Assembly (NCBI RefSeq): GCF_009914755.1
Contig: NC_060943.1
Length of the DNA stretch: 64,000 nucleotides
From: the human T2T-CHM13v2.0 reference genome, Homo sapiens
Strand: one strand, 5' to 3'
A program made the translations under genes and the position numbers. This document shows, piece by piece, positions 35,109 to 53,035 of this stretch; position 1 is the first letter of the stretch, and every line of letters starts with the position of its first letter. The notes under the pieces were generated by a model that worked only from the letters and a program-made list of their open reading frames with translations, did no database searches and had not been told where the DNA came from.

Positions 35109-35675
35109 TAGTAGAGACAGGGTTTCTCCATGTTGGTCAGGCTGGCCTGGAACTAGGTGATCTGCCTACCTCAGCCTTCCAAAGTGCTGGGATTACAGGC
35201 ATAAGCCACCGCACCTGGCCAAGCCGAAAGCTTTCTAGGGTAGGCTTTAATGTTTAGGTCTTTACACCACCTGGAATTTTTATAGGGTAGGATTGAATTT
35301 CATTTTTCTCCCGAGTGTGTATCCAGTTATTATAGTATCATTTATTGGAAAGTTCATATTTTCTGCACTGATATGCAGTGCCATTTTAGTAAAAAAATCA
35401 AGTGAACATATATGTCTATGTCTATTTCTGGATTCTGTTCCACTGGTCTATTTGTCACTCCTCGCAGTAATAACATACTGTCTTACTCACTGTAACTTTG
35501 TATTTGGAGCAAGTACACTTACCTTCTTTTTCCTCAAGAGTGTCTTGGCTATTTGTGTTTCTTTGTATTTTCGTGTCAATTGTTGAATTAGCTTGGTTCC
35601 ACCCAAACATCTCTTGGAATTTTGATGAAATTGCATGGTACGTATAATTTTTTGAGTAGAAATTTGGAAACTCTT

Positions 35676-35711
35676 CTACACTTGATCTGAGCCAAAAGGC
35701 CAAGAGACAAT
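35676..35711 (-). pseudogene. 3'-truncated, tailless U2 snRNA pseudogene (nt 1-36)
   Basis: ATTGTCTCTTGGCCTTTTGGCTCAGATCAAGTGTAG, 31/36 identical to the U2 5' end; TSD core ACTCTTCTA at 35670-35678 and 35717-35725. Confidence 0.88.
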
Positions 35712-36816
35712 GGGGGACTCTTCTAATAACATGAGCCTCTCAGTGGATGTAGGTCTTAGTGTTTCTCAACAAGGTCTTGTTTATCTCCTATAAATAGTTC
35801 TAGACAAGTAGGAATCACGTAATTCGTTGTACAGAGTATTCCTTTGGCATTGACTGTCTGGAATCTGAGCAGTTCAGATAATGATCAATCATAGTGATAA
35901 TTTTAGCCTGGGTTTTGTTTTTTTTTTTTTTTATTGAGCACCTATCTCCTCCTGCCTGTCCTTGTCCCCCTCCTCCACCTCTTCCTCCTCCTCAAAAAGC
36001 AGCTGTATTAGAAAGACTAAAATGTATGGTAACTTGAACAGCTAGGTTGTACAAGAAAGGAATTGAAAATTCCCTTTCTGATGTCTTCCAAAACTTGAAT
36101 TTCATTTAAATGCACCTTATTCTTTCCTCAGACCTCTAACTTCACCCTGGAGTTGAGCAGAAACATGGCTTGCCTTTTCCCTCAGATCAGTCTTGGACTC
36201 CAGACAAAGGGTTGGAACTTTGAGCCAATAAGCAGGTTACTGGTAACAGTGCCTGAGGAAAGACAAAGCTATGGGTGTAAGGTTCTTTATATACGGTATC
36301 CTCCCACTCCTATCTTCTCCAGCTCTTTATGTACTAATATAATTTTTAACATTTTCTTTTATTCTTGGCCTTCTCAAATACGTTTTTGGAAGTGGGGATA
36401 TGAAAATTAGATTTAGATGTAAATGTAGATATTTATTGTCTAATATTTTTTATGTTAGTAACATCTGGTACAATCAAGCCTGCTTTTTCGTTATCTTTTA
36501 CTCTTCTCACTTATCAGATTTCTTTTTTTTCTTTTCTTTTCTTTTTTTTTTTTTGGATGGAGTCTCTCTCTGTTGCCCAGGCTGGAGTGCAGTGGTGCAA
36601 TCTCGGGTCACTGTAAGCTCCACCTCCTGGGTTTGCCATTCTCCTGCCTCAGCCTCCCAAGTAGCTGAGACTACACGCACCCGCCACCATGCCCAGCTAA
36701 TTTTTTGTATTTTTAGTAGAGACGGGGTTTCACTGTGTTAGCCAGGATGGTCTCGATCTCCTGACCTGGTGATCCGCCTGCCTCAGCCTCCCAAAGTGCT
36801 GGGATTACAGGCGTGA

Positions 36817-37011
<195 letters not shown>

Positions 37012-38244
37012 TAGTAGAGACGGGGTTTCACGGTGTTGCCAGGATGGTCTTGATAACCTGACCTCATGATCTGCCCGCCTCGGCCTCCCAAAGTGCTGGG
37101 ATTACAGGCGTGAGCCACCGAGCCTGGCCTTTTTTTTTTTTTTTTTTTTTTTTTTAAACAGAGTTTCGATCTTGTTGCCCAGGCTGGAGTGCAATGATGT
37201 GATCTCGGTTCATCACAACCTCTGTCTCCTGTTCAAGTGATTCTCCTGCTTCAGCCTCCCGAGTAGCTGGGATTACAGGCATGTGCCACCACGCCTGGCT
37301 AATTTTGTATTTTTAGTAGAGACAGGGATCCTTCCTGTTGGTCAGGCTGGTCTCGAACTCCTGACCTCAGGTGATACACTCACCTCGGCCTCACAAAGTG
37401 TTGGGATTACAGGCGTGAGCCACCGCACCCGGCCCATGTTTCTTTTTTAACTACGCTTTTCTCTTCCCGACCTATCACCTCCACTGTGCTGTGTGAGGTA
37501 ATTTCTGCCTCTACATCTTTGCCATCTTTTCTTACCAACTCTTTAGTTCACATATTGTCTTCATTGGGAAAAAAGTCATCTCAGATTATTTTACCCACAC
37601 TAGCCTTATCTCTCTGTAATACGACATAAAGAGCGTGACCTTAAGTATCAGAAAAATGTGGCATCTGATTTCACCCATACCACTTGTGAGTTTAACCTGT
37701 GAAGAAGAGATAATAATTTTCTGTCAGTGTCGTCAAGATTGAAATAACTTATGTGCACAACACTTAATACACATCAGGTGTTGAGAAAATGTTATTTCCC
37801 TTCTTTACTTTTCTTTCTTGGGACCTCTATATCAATTACAGTAGAAAGCATTTAACTAAATGCCTTTGGTTTTTCCCAAAATATCTTATATGTAAGTTTT
37901 GCTCCCTACCTACATTGTAAATCATTTAGAACCAGGATTGTGACTTTCCGTTCTCTTATATATAACTTTTCAATCCATTTTAAATTTGTTTTGCTTTGAT
38001 TTGGGGATCTAAATTCAATTTTTTCTCATTTACCTGGTCTTATTCCCATATTATTTATTCAGTGATAACTTATTTGCTTTTCTCTTACTTTGTACTGCCT
38101 ACTTGGTGATATTATAAGTAATTCGTATTATATATTTGAATTTTTTTTCAGTTCTTTGATTTATGTCTCTGTGCTTCCGCCTGAACCATGTTTAGATTTT
38201 CTTTCAAAAACCTTTGAATACATGATCAGATGTGTCACTTCTTA

Positions 38245-38587
<343 letters not shown>

Positions 38588-38981
38588 TTATTACAACACA
38601 TTTAGAAAATAGAAGGATAAAGAAAAAACAAAGGTCATCTGTAATCCTATCAATTAGATATAACTACCATCAAATTGTTACAGCAAATACTTAGAATTCT
38701 TTTTTTAATGCAATCGTTGTGTAGCTATTGATCTGTGTAACCTGTGTTTATTATGCCAAAATACATATCAACAGCTGTCCATGTTAACATTTATCTTTAT
38801 CACGAATTGTAATGGCCTCATAGAGTTATTTCACCAAGGCTTTTTTGTTGAATATAGTTTGCTTACAAATTATTGGCTTTATAAATAACCATCTACTTTG
38901 GCCAAATGCTAGTGCTTGTTTTTTTCCTTTTCAGTAAAATTATAATTATATACATAATTAATGAATATATTTTTCTTATAA

Positions 38982-39170
<189 letters not shown>

Positions 39171-39452
39171 TAGCAGAGACGGGGTTTCTCCATGTTGGTC
39201 AGGCTGGTCCCGAACTCCCGACCCCAGGTGATCCACCCGCCTCAGCCTCCCAAAGTGCTGGGATTACAGGCGTGAGCCACTGCTTAAATGTCAGTAAATA
39301 CTTCCAAAATAATTTCATATTGGCTTGATCACTTCACAGTACACTCAGTTGTCTCTAACAGAATCTGCTTTTCTAACTGCCAGTTAGGTCACTTATAGCT
39401 GCATAAGGTACAAAATAGCACTTAGAACAAATAATGATTTCATTTCATTTAA

Positions 39453-39699
<247 letters not shown>

Positions 39700-39782
39700 T
39701 GATCCGCCCACCTAGGCCTCCCAAAGTGCTGGGATTACAGGCATGAGCCACTGCGCCTGGCCTAAGCTAGCTATTCTTAACC

Positions 39783-40072
39783 TTGGTTACTAACCTCTGG
39801 TCCCACCCTCAGCAATTCTGATTTAATTGGTCTGGGGTATGGCCTGAGCATCGCCATTTTTCTCATTATTGTTTTAAGACTAATCAAGCCCATTTTTCTT
39901 ATTATTGTTTTAAGACTAATCAAGCAAAGCAGTGAGAATGGAGAAGGAACAAAGAAATCTGTAACTGGTTGTGATCAATTAGTTGTAAACACCACTTGCA
40001 CTTGGACTAGCCAATCACAATTTTTAAAAGGTCACCAGATGACTCTAATGCACTGCCACAATTGAGAACTGG
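39783..40072. mobile_element. MER5-family hAT element hosting the Y3 pseudogene
   Basis: aattctgatttaattggtctgggg ... ccagatgactctaatgcactgccacaattgagaac. Confidence 0.7.
39912..40012 (-). pseudogene. Full-length Y3 RNA (RNY3) retropseudogene
   Basis: Minus strand GGCTAGTCCAAGTGCAAGTGGTGTTTACAACTAATTGATCACAACCAGTTACAGATTTCTTTGTTCCTTCTCC...TTGATTAGTCTT matches hY3; A-rich tail; degenerate TSD atcgccattttt/atcacaattttt. Confidence 0.93.
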
Positions 40073-41625
40073 TGACTTCAGCGCATATAAGCTGATAGAA
40101 AAGCATTAAAATTTAATTTGATGCGGAGTGGGTTCAAACTTTGGAATATTTAAAAAACTACCCAAGAGGCAGGGTGCAGTGGCTCACGCCCGTAATCCCA
40201 GCACTTTAGGAGGAAGGCGGGCGGCGGATCACCTGAGGTCGGGAGTTCGAGACCAGCCTGGCCAACATGGTGAAACCCCGTCTCTACCAAAAATAGAAAA
40301 ATTAGCTGGGTGTGGTGGTGGGCACCTGTAGTCCCAGCTACTCGGGAGGCTGAGGCATGAGACCCCTTGAACCTGGGAGGTGGAGGTTGCAGGGAGCCAA
40401 GATTGCACCACTGCACTCCAGCCTAGGCGACAGAGTAAGATGCTGTCTCAAAAAATAAAAATCAAAATAAAAAATAAAAAGCTACCCAAGTGATTCTAAT
40501 GTACACTCAGGAATGAGAATCACTGAGTTAGACAATCGTGATTTGTTTTATGGAGCTGAGCACAGTAACTGGAAGAAAAATCCAAGTCATGTATCAAGGA
40601 AGTAGCGGAAGGAGTAGTTTTGGCAGAGGCAATCAACAATATCTGCCATATCTGTGCACTTCCTAGCAATTTATTGTATGAAAATACACTGGTCATCTTA
40701 GTGGTGTCTTGTGGGAGAGAAAACCTAAAGTATATGGTACATACACATACCACGTTTAATCAGCAGTCTTCTTTTTAAAAAAAAAAAAAACTTTCAAAAG
40801 CTTTGGGTTTTGTAAATCTTAAACTTTTTTATGGTTTTTTTTTTGTTGTTGTTGACAGCCTGACAGTTGCTCAGGCTGGAGTATAGGAGTGCAGTGGCAT
40901 GATCTCAGCTCACTGCAGCCTCTGCCTCCCCAGGTTCAAGTGATTCTCCTGCCTCAGCCTCTTGAGTAGCTGAGATTACAGGCATGCACCGCCACACCCA
41001 GCTAATATTTGTATTTTTAGTAGAGATGGGGTTTTGCCGTGTTGGCCAGGCTGGTCTCAAACTCCTGACCTCAAGTGATCCTCCTGCCTCAGCCTCCCAA
41101 AGTGCTGGGATTACAGGCGTGAGCCACCACACCCAGACTTTTATGTTTTATTTTTATCTTCACCAGTTCTTTTGTTTTTTTTTTTAATTTTGAGATTCTT
41201 TTTTTGTGACATTGAATTCAAATCTGTTTTATATTATTTTTATACAGGCATTTAATTCTATCAATTACTTTTTATTTGGTAATTTCTTGATGTCCAGTTT
41301 TTGATATGTATCTTGCTCTTGTTTACCTCGTTTCTAGGCTGTTTGTATTTCCATTTAGTTTCATATTTAACATAAGAATTATTTAGGAATATGTTTTGTT
41401 AACTTTAAAATTTTTATTAAATTTGAAACTTGTAGAAGTTAAAAGAATAGCATAAAGTATTCCTGTGTACCACTCAGATTCACCAGTTGTTACCTTTTGC
41501 CTATTTGCGTTATCATTCTCATATGAACTTGTTTTCTTCTCTCTCTCCCTCTCTCTCTCTGCACACACACACACACACACACAGACACACCCTACACACA
41601 TTTTATCTGTACCATTTAAGACTAA

Positions 41626-41845
<220 letters not shown>

Positions 41846-44144
41846 TAGCCAGAATGGTCTCAATCTCCTGACCTCGTGATCCGCCTGCCTTGGCCTCCCA
41901 AAGTGCTGGGATTACAGGCATGAGCCACCGCGTCCAGCTAAGTTGCAGATATTTTGCCCCTTTATTTCCTAACAACAAGATTATTCTCTTACATAACCCA
42001 CAGTACAGTTATTAAAATTTTAACATTTATATGATACTCTAATCCATATTTAAAATTTTTGATTCATCCCAGTAATGTTCTTTATAACAAACCACCCTAC
42101 CCTTTCTCCTCATCTATCCAGGATCCACTTTAAAATCACACTTTAAATTTACTAATTATGTCTCTCTAGTCTTCTTTAATCTGGAAGAGTTGCTCTCTCT
42201 TTGTCTTTCATGATCTTGGAATTTTTGAAGAGGAGAAGCCATTTATTTTGTAAAAAGTCCCTTAATTTGGGTTTGTCTTCTGGTTCTTCATGCTTACATT
42301 CAGGCTATGAATTTTGTGGCAGGAATACCATAAAGGTAATATTGTATCCTTCTTGCTGCATCATCTCAGGAGATACATGATTTTGATTTATTCCATTTCT
42401 GGAGATGTTAACTTTGATAATTTGTTAAGGGGATATCTACCATGTTTCTCCACTGTAATATTGACAGTTGTCTATTTGTAATTAATAGATAATTTGTGGA
42501 GATGTACTTTGTAACTGTGTAAATAACTACTCACCAAACTTTTCCCCACTAGTTTAACATCCATCCACTGATAATTATTCTTGGGTCTGTTATTAGTAAG
42601 ATGTAATAGTAATAATGGGAGGGTTTTTTTTTTGTTTGATTTCTATCGCCATTATTTTGTCTGTATTAATTGGTTGGCATTCTACTATAAAGAAGAGCTT
42701 TCCCTTCTCTCCCACTTATTCGTTTATGTCAATATGAATTCATAGATGTTTACTTTCCTCAATGGGTTATAATCTGTTGTTATTTATTTTTATACTCAAG
42801 TTGTCCCAGATTTGGCCAGCAGGAACCCATTCTGGCTGGCTTCTGTGTTCCTTTGACTTGTCTCCATGATTCTTTGAGCATTTCCTTACTTCCTGGAATG
42901 ATAAGATGTTCCAGGCTCATTCCTAAATACTGTCTTAGCTCCAGCCTGGAATGAATCATTTCTCTAAAGAGCTCTGGTTCCTTGCAATGTGAATATTTGG
43001 AAACCAATATCTAGGTGATGGGACTGCAGTGTTCATTCTTGTCACAACCTGTTCCATATTTATATCTTCCTTCTGTAGTAGTAAGAAACCTGGCTTCCAT
43101 TATCCTCATTAGATTTACGAATTTGTTCAAGTCTAGAATTTATACATACAGAATGTGAGAATGCTAACCTATACTGTGGTAAAAATCAAGAATACTAAGT
43201 AGGGTTCAGTATTTGCTTATAGTTCTCTTTATCTTTTTATTTTTATTTATTTATTTATTTTTGAGACGGAGTCTCGCTGTATCACCAGGCTGAAGTGCAG
43301 TGGCGTGATCTCCGCTCACTGCAACCTCTGTCTCCTGGGTTCAAGTGATCCTCTTGCCTGAGCCTCCCAAGTAGCTGGGACTACAGGTGTGCACCACCAC
43401 GCCCAGCAAATTTTTTGTATTTTTAGTAGAGACTGGTTTTCAGCATGTTGGCCAGGATGGTCTTGATCTCTTGAGCTTGCAATCCGCCAGCCTCAGCCTC
43501 CCAAAGTGCTGGGATTATAGGCATGAGCCACCATGCCCAGCCTTTTTTTTTTTTTTTTTCTTGAGATGGTGTCTTGCCCTGTCACCCAGGCTGCAGTGCA
43601 GTGGCATGACCTCGGCTCACTGTAACCTCTGCCTCCCTGTTCCAGTGATTCTTCTGCCTCAGCTTCCTGAGTAGCTGGAATTACAGGTGTCCACCACCAC
43701 ACCTGGCTAATTTTTGTATTTTTAGTAGAGACGGGGTTTCTCCATGTTGGTCAGGCTGGTCTCAAATTCCCGACCTCAGGTGATCTGCCCGCCTCAGCCT
43801 CCCAAAGTGCTGGGATTACAGGCATGAGCCACTGCACCCGGCCAACTTCTCTTTATCTTTGGACTGGGAGTACGTAATCAAAATATTGTGTTCTAATTTA
43901 CTTGGATTTGGTTTTTTCCCCCATTAAAGTTGCTTTTGTTATTCATTTGAAATACATTTAAGTTTGTTAGTTCCTACCGTTTGGCCTTTTTTATTACTCT
44001 GTTCTTGGTGACTTGATTGTATGAGTATGTAAAAATATTAGCATGCTACCAAAAGTTAAAACTACCTGGGTGTGGTGGCTCACACCTGTAATCCCAGCAC
44101 TTTGGGAGGCTGAGGCAGGTGGATCACTTGAGGCCGGGAGTTCA

Positions 44145-44834
<690 letters not shown>

Positions 44835-46330
44835 GTGAGTTATTTCCTCCTGGGTCATACTATATACTTGTCTCTCTGGGTTATGCTGAGATTGGACCCT
44901 CATTATAGGTCTATAATGAGGATTGAGCATTTCCTTACTTCCTGGAATGAGAAGATGTTCCAGGCTCATTCCTAAATACTGTCTTAACAGACAACATTTC
45001 TGGTGGATCTTAAAGAGAATGAGCATGCCCTTTGCACTACTCCAGATGATGTTATCATAGGGTTTTCAACCAGAGGAAAACTAGTTTCTCAAATGCTGGA
45101 TTGCAAGTTATTTCCACTAGTAAGAGAGATCCCCACAGTGATTTAGGAGTTCAAGATTGCCAGTTTCATCTGGGTCCCATCCGTATGTCCCAACTCCAAA
45201 TTTCAGGTTCCTATTCTTTGCCATTCTTCTTTCACATGAAAAATGTGGCAAGACTGTGAATTCAACATTCATCATAATTCAGCAAGCTGAGCAGTTCTGT
45301 GTTTTTCAGCAATGTCAGCCCTTTGGCTACAAGAAAGGGGAGATTCTTTTAGGATTTTTATGGAAATGCTCTCATTCTCAGATTGTGACTTGAACTGAGA
45401 GTTAATAAACCTGGGCTTATCAGCTTCTCTTTATGCATTTAAGTTAACATAAGTTAATCCATCCCACACCGCAGTCCTTATATCATTACTGCCATAATGG
45501 TCAAGTACAGCAACTATTTAGCTCCCAAGGCATGTGCTTTAATTGACACTTCATTCCAATCAACCATGGCCTAATTAATTGTAACATTACTGCATGCCAT
45601 TAATTTCTACCAACCCAAATCCCATTGGCATGGAACTCTGCACTGCAGTCAATCCCAAAGGATTAGCAAAAAGATACTAAAAGGCATGACCAAACTAATC
45701 CCAAAGTTCCATCTTTACAGGCCTTTCACTTGGAACGACATCAGTTACCAATTCTGTTGCAGTCAATATCTAATCAAGGAACAGAAAACACAGCAATTTG
45801 AACTAGGAAAGTTTAATATAAAAAATTATTAACCATCGTGGAACTAGAGTAACAAAGGATTGACCAGTAAGAAGTAAAGGAAACTCTAAAAACCATGGGA
45901 ATTACAGCCATAAAGAGCAGCCATTGATCGGGCATGATGCCTCACATCTGTAATCCCAACACTTGGGGAAGCTGAGGTGGGAGGATAACTTAAAGCCAGG
46001 AATTTCAGACCAGATCCTGTCTCTACAAAAAGAAAAATAAAACAGCCAATTAGCCAGGTGTGGTGCATGTGCCTGTATTCCTAGCTACTTGGGAGGCTGA
46101 GGTGGGAGGATGGCTTCAGCCTAAGAGTTTGAGGCTGCAGTGAGCTATGATTGTGCCTGGGTACCTGGGTGACTCCAGCCTGGGTGACAGAGTGAGACCT
46201 TGTCTCTAAAAAATTTAAAAAAAAAATAATAAGAGCAGCCACTACTAATGGTAGAGAGTCCGAGGAAGACGCCCTCCCAGGGTTAACATCCAGCCCTTGT
46301 TGGAGAGTGCACATCCGTGGCTCATTGAAT

Positions 46331-46578
46331 GACAGTAATTGCTGTGGTAAAGGGCTGGGACTAAGATGAGGCAAGTGAGACGGTGAGAAGCACTCACCGT
46401 CAGATGTAACTACACTTGGATGACCCTGAGACGGAATGCCTCAAATTTTGCACCCTGGGTTCCTCATTCTTAAGACAGTCATCGTCAGGGTTATACGTGC
46501 AGGGTTGGCATCTGAGAGTGAAAGCCTCAAGTTTTGTGCCATAAGTGCCTCACTTGCCTTAGCCATGTCCTGTTCCTG
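46331..46578. mobile_element. MER96-like hAT DNA transposon
   Basis: Subterminal inverted repeats aggcaagtgag / ctcacttgcct. Confidence 0.55.
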
Positions 46579-47162
46579 CTGTGGAACTTGCTGGAAATCT
46601 GTGCTCTAGAATTTGCCAGGAATCCATCCTGTGTGGCAGACTGGGTTGTCTTACCAGAAGCATTTGCTACAAAACTTTCAGACAAGGCTACTGGGTGCTG
46701 CTGGCCACTTTGTACTTTAAGAGCCGGGAGCTAAAGAAGCTGCTTGACTGAGGAAGCCTGGTAAAGTCACCCATGCTGCAGGAACTGGGTGCTCGGGAAA
46801 CTGAATGTGCTGCAGGAGGTGGACCTGGATTCTGGAGCCGCCTGCCAGCAAGCATGCCAGAACCAGAAAGGAACGCCCCTTCCTCCTGCAGTGTCTTTCA
46901 GACATCCACTACTGGCAAAGCTTAACATTGTTCTGGCAAGGAAAAATATTTCTATAGCCCAGGTCTGCTTTTGCAGAGTGAAAAAATGGTGAATAAAGGG
47001 TGAATTTGGAACTTAGGGGCAATACATTGATAACTAGCACATAGTCTTCTAAGAGTTTTAAAGTTAATTTTTTAAAATGTAAGTCATTTATCTAAGACTG
47101 ACTTTGCTGTGAGATAGGGATATAATACTTTTCAAAATTTTTATTTATTTATTTATTGATAG

Positions 47163-47318
<156 letters not shown>

Positions 47319-49356
47319 TAGTACTTTTTTAAATGGATAGATGATTATATCTTTTGAATTTTTCCATATAGGCAATCATAAGATCTGCAAACATCACTTT
47401 TGTTTCTTGCTTTCTAGTACTTACATGTTTTATTTGCTACAGCCTTTACGGACATGCACATATTTGACGTGTCCCTTCCTGGTTTTTGTAGGTGCTGTTC
47501 ATCAGAATGAGGAAATTACCTTCCACTCATAGCTTGTTCAAGTTTTGTGTTTCTTCTTACAGTAACTGGATGTTGGGTTTTATCAAATTCTCTGATTGTT
47601 GTAGACAATTGTGCATTTTTCTCTCTATTCTGTTAATATAATTAATTAACTGATTTTTCAGTGTTGAAGCAACCTTGTATTCCTTGGATAAAATCAACTT
47701 ATTCATAAAGTTTGCTTTTTTAATTATTTTATTCAGTTTGCTAGAGTTTTATTTAGGGTGTGTGTGTGTGTTCATAAATTATATTAGCCCAAAATTATTC
47801 TCTCTTCATATTTAGTATTTTGTCTTATTTGGTATCATGGCTGTTAGACTACTTTCATCAGATAAACTGAAAAATGTTCTTTCTGTTTCTTTTTTCTTCT
47901 TTTCCCCTCAAAGTTTGAGGTTTTTCCTGAAATATTTTATATATTCAAATACATAAAATCTTTTTAGGTTAAGTGATAATACCCATATAACCACCATGAA
48001 GATTGGAAAAATACAACATTGCTAATACCACAAAGCCATCTGCCTGCCCAAACCAAATTAATCTCTTTCGCTCTCCACTGAAGTGTAACTATTAAGTAGA
48101 TTTTGTAAAAATCATTCTCTGCTATTATAATTTTTTGCCAACTTTGTATAACTCCCTAAAGAATATTATACAGCTTTGCCTGCTTTTAAACTTATGTAAA
48201 TTGAATAATAATATATGTGTTCTTTTAAGTTTTGTTTTGTTTTGTCTTTTTTGAGACAGTCTCACTCTGTTGCCCACGCTAGAGTGTAATGGCATAATCT
48301 CGTCTCACTGCAACCTCCACCTCCCGATTCAAGTGATTCTCCTGCCTCAGCCTCCCAAGTAGCTGGGATTACAGGCGTGCACCACCAAGCCTAGCTAATT
48401 TTTTGTATTTTTTAGTAGAGACGGGGTTTCACTGTGTTGGCCAGGCTGGTCTCAAACTCCTGACCTCAAGCGATCCACTTGCCTCGGCCTTCCAAAGTGC
48501 TAGTATTACAGGCGTGAGCCGCCGCACCTGGCCCATGTTGAATAGTTTAGATATATCTTGTTTATCTCCACTATTATTTAATAACCTTTATGACTATATC
48601 ACAGTGTATTTTGTCCAACATATTTTTTATGTGGATAATTGGTGGTTTCCAGCATTTTACTCTTAATAAAACTGTTATGAACATTGTAGTGGATGTTTTA
48701 CCTAGGAGTGGAATTGCTGGGTAATAGGGAATGTGCATGTGTTAGCCTAGATAACCAAACTCTTTCAAAGTGGTTGTATGAAAAAGTGGTCTACTTCCAA
48801 CAGTGTATATTTGCCGCCGCCTTTGCCACGTTTTTCCCACATCTTTACCAACATTTGGAATAGTCACACTTTTTACCTACCTAGTATACTTAGTAATATC
48901 TAATTATGGTGTTAATTTGTATGACCATGACTACTGATGAAACAGAACATCTTTTCATTTGTATTATCTTTTATCTCCTTTTCTCATTTTTTCCCCAAGA
49001 TTTGTTCTTTTAGGCAAAATTCACATGAGATACACTTAACCATTTTAAAGTGTATAATTCAGTGGTATTTAGTATAAATTCAGTGGTATTTGCTGTATTC
49101 ACAATATTGTGCAACTATTGATTCTCTCTAGTTTTAAACCTTTTTCATCTGCCTCTAGAAATACCCTGTACCCAATTGAAGCACAAACTTTTAACTTGGA
49201 TGAATTTAAATTGATGTATTCTTTTCTTTCATTGCTTGTGCTTTAGGTGTTAAATTTAAGAATTAATTGCCAAATCTGAGGTCATGAAGAATTAGAAATT
49301 CTGTTTTTTTGAAAGAATTTTATGATTTAGCACTTCTGTTTAGGTTGTTGATCCAT

Positions 49357-50597
<1,241 letters not shown>

Positions 50598-50729
50598 TTC
50601 ATTTCAAAGGCCACTGAAGTGTTAATAGAGATTGTATTGAATCTGCAGATTATTTTAGCGAGTATTGCCATCTTCATGTTAAGTCTTCTAATCCATGAAC
50701 ATGGGATTTTAATCTATTTAATCTCCAAC

Positions 50730-51365
50730 TGATGTACTGCAATTCAGTTCTGGTACTAGCTGCCCAGAGTTAGTGTCAGACTCCATAGGTTTTAGCATAC
50801 AGTCCCCAGTAAATCTGCCCTTACTTTAGGCCAACTAGCTACAATTCCAGGAAGTTCCCATGACTCCCTCCCCCTCCCCCCTTCATTTAGTAATTTACTA
50901 CAACTCACAGAATTCAGGAAAGCACTACACTTAAAATTATAGTTTTATTATGAAAGATAAGGATACAAATTAGGAACAGCACAGTAAAGAGACACATAGA
51001 GCAAGGTCTGAAAGGGACCTATACACAGTTTCTATGCCCTTTCCTGGTGAAAGCAGGGTGTGTCACCCTCCAAACACATTGATATGTTCACCAGTAAGGA
51101 AGCCCCACTGAACTTTGGGGTGGAATTTCATTATGTAGGCATGATTGATTAATCATTGGCCACATGACTGAACTCAGTCTCCAGCCCCACTTTCTTCCTC
51201 AGAGACTGGCTAGCTAAAAGTATTTTTGATGACTGCCCCAATTCTGAAGCTACTCGGGTCCACCATGAGTTACCTCATTAGCATAAACTCAGGTGTGATC
51301 CATAGCAAAGACATGTCTAGCTCTGTGCTAGGAACCCTAGGACAAAGACCTGACAAATTATTACA
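50730..51365 (-). mobile_element. MER21-group LTR
   Basis: cattatgtaggcatgattgattaatcattggcc is the reverse complement of the MER21 core seen near 30020. Confidence 0.65.
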
Positions 51366-51391
51366 CAGGGCATAAACAAGACCAGGAGTGA

Positions 51392-51767
<376 letters not shown>

Positions 51768-52669
51768 TAGTTTTTTATTAATGATTTGAGAAAGATCTTA
51801 TATTTTACCTGCTAGTTCTTTGACAGTTAAATGTTTTGTAAATATCATCACCCATTCTGTGGCTTGCGTCTTTTTAACAGATTTTATTCATAAGTGAGCT
51901 GTGAATCACGCTTATATTTTTACGCAACTTTGTTTTCCATTTAATTACTATTACCTTTTTGTCCATATATTTATCACTAATTTATATTCAAAATCTACTG
52001 GAAAATAAATCTTTTTCCAGTATGTTCTGTCAGTTTCTTGGGTTTAGAGACATCTCTTCTATGATCCTTTTTTTCTCTACTGACTGCTTGTACCACTATT
52101 ACTCTAGAATTCTATCTTTTTAAATTCACTGCCCTTCTGCGTTGAGTTCTTTGTTTCTTGGATTCCTTGCCTTCCTGTTTCTTGGTTTGGTTCTTCTTGA
52201 TATTGGTGGCATGTGAGAAAGGATGAATGAGAATTAAATTTTGTGAGTTCTGGTATATTTTTCAACCACTATATTGATTCTTTGGCAGGGCATGGAATTC
52301 TACATTAAAAATATTTTTCCTCAGAATTTTAAAATTATGATCTCTGTCTTATAGTATTGTTTAGAACTCCAAAGCCATTTTCATTCCTGGTCTTTGGTTT
52401 ATACCCTGTCTTTGCATATTGGAGCCTTTTAGGGTATTTTCTTTGTTCCCAGTGTCCTAGAACCTAATAAAAATATATGTAAATGTAAATCATCTTTTTT
52501 TTATACTACATACCAAGTGGACCCATTAAATATGGAGACTCATTTCTTTCAGGTCTGGGAAGTTGCCCTTAATGCTACTTTTTAGAACAATCTGTATTTT
52601 CTGTTTTCTTTGAAAAATTTCAAACATAGAGAAAAAAAGATTATTCCAGTGAATTCTGAATACCCATTT

Positions 52670-53035
52670 TCTTCCTCTGTTTGGGCCACTGTAACAAAGT
52701 ACCATAAACTAGTTATCTTATAAACAAAAGAAACTTATTTCTCACAGTTGTGGAGGCTGGAAAGTACATGATCAAGATGTTGGCAGATTCAGTGTCTGGT
52801 AAGGACCTGCTTTCTGCTTCATAGTTGGCACCTTCTCTCTTTGTCCTCACATAGTAAAAAGGGAAAGGCAGTCCTCTGGGTACTCTTTTTTAAGGACATT
52901 AATTACATTCATGAGGGCTCTGCCCTCATGACCTAATCACCTCCCAAAGGCCCCACCTCCTTACCCCATTACATTGATAACTAAAGTTCAACATTTCATT
53001 TGGGGGTTGGGAGGACACAAACATTCAGACTCTAT
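52670..53035 (-). mobile_element. MaLR LTR (MLT1A/MST-like)
   Basis: atttctcacagttgtggaggctggaaagt...catgacctaatcacctcccaaaggccccacctc. Confidence 0.8.

Noticed and set aside
45000-45900. Non-Alu/L1 stretch that might be a hidden exon
   Set aside because: No convincing ORF or KRAB similarity; more likely an old ERVL internal/LTR remnant, family not assignable by eye.
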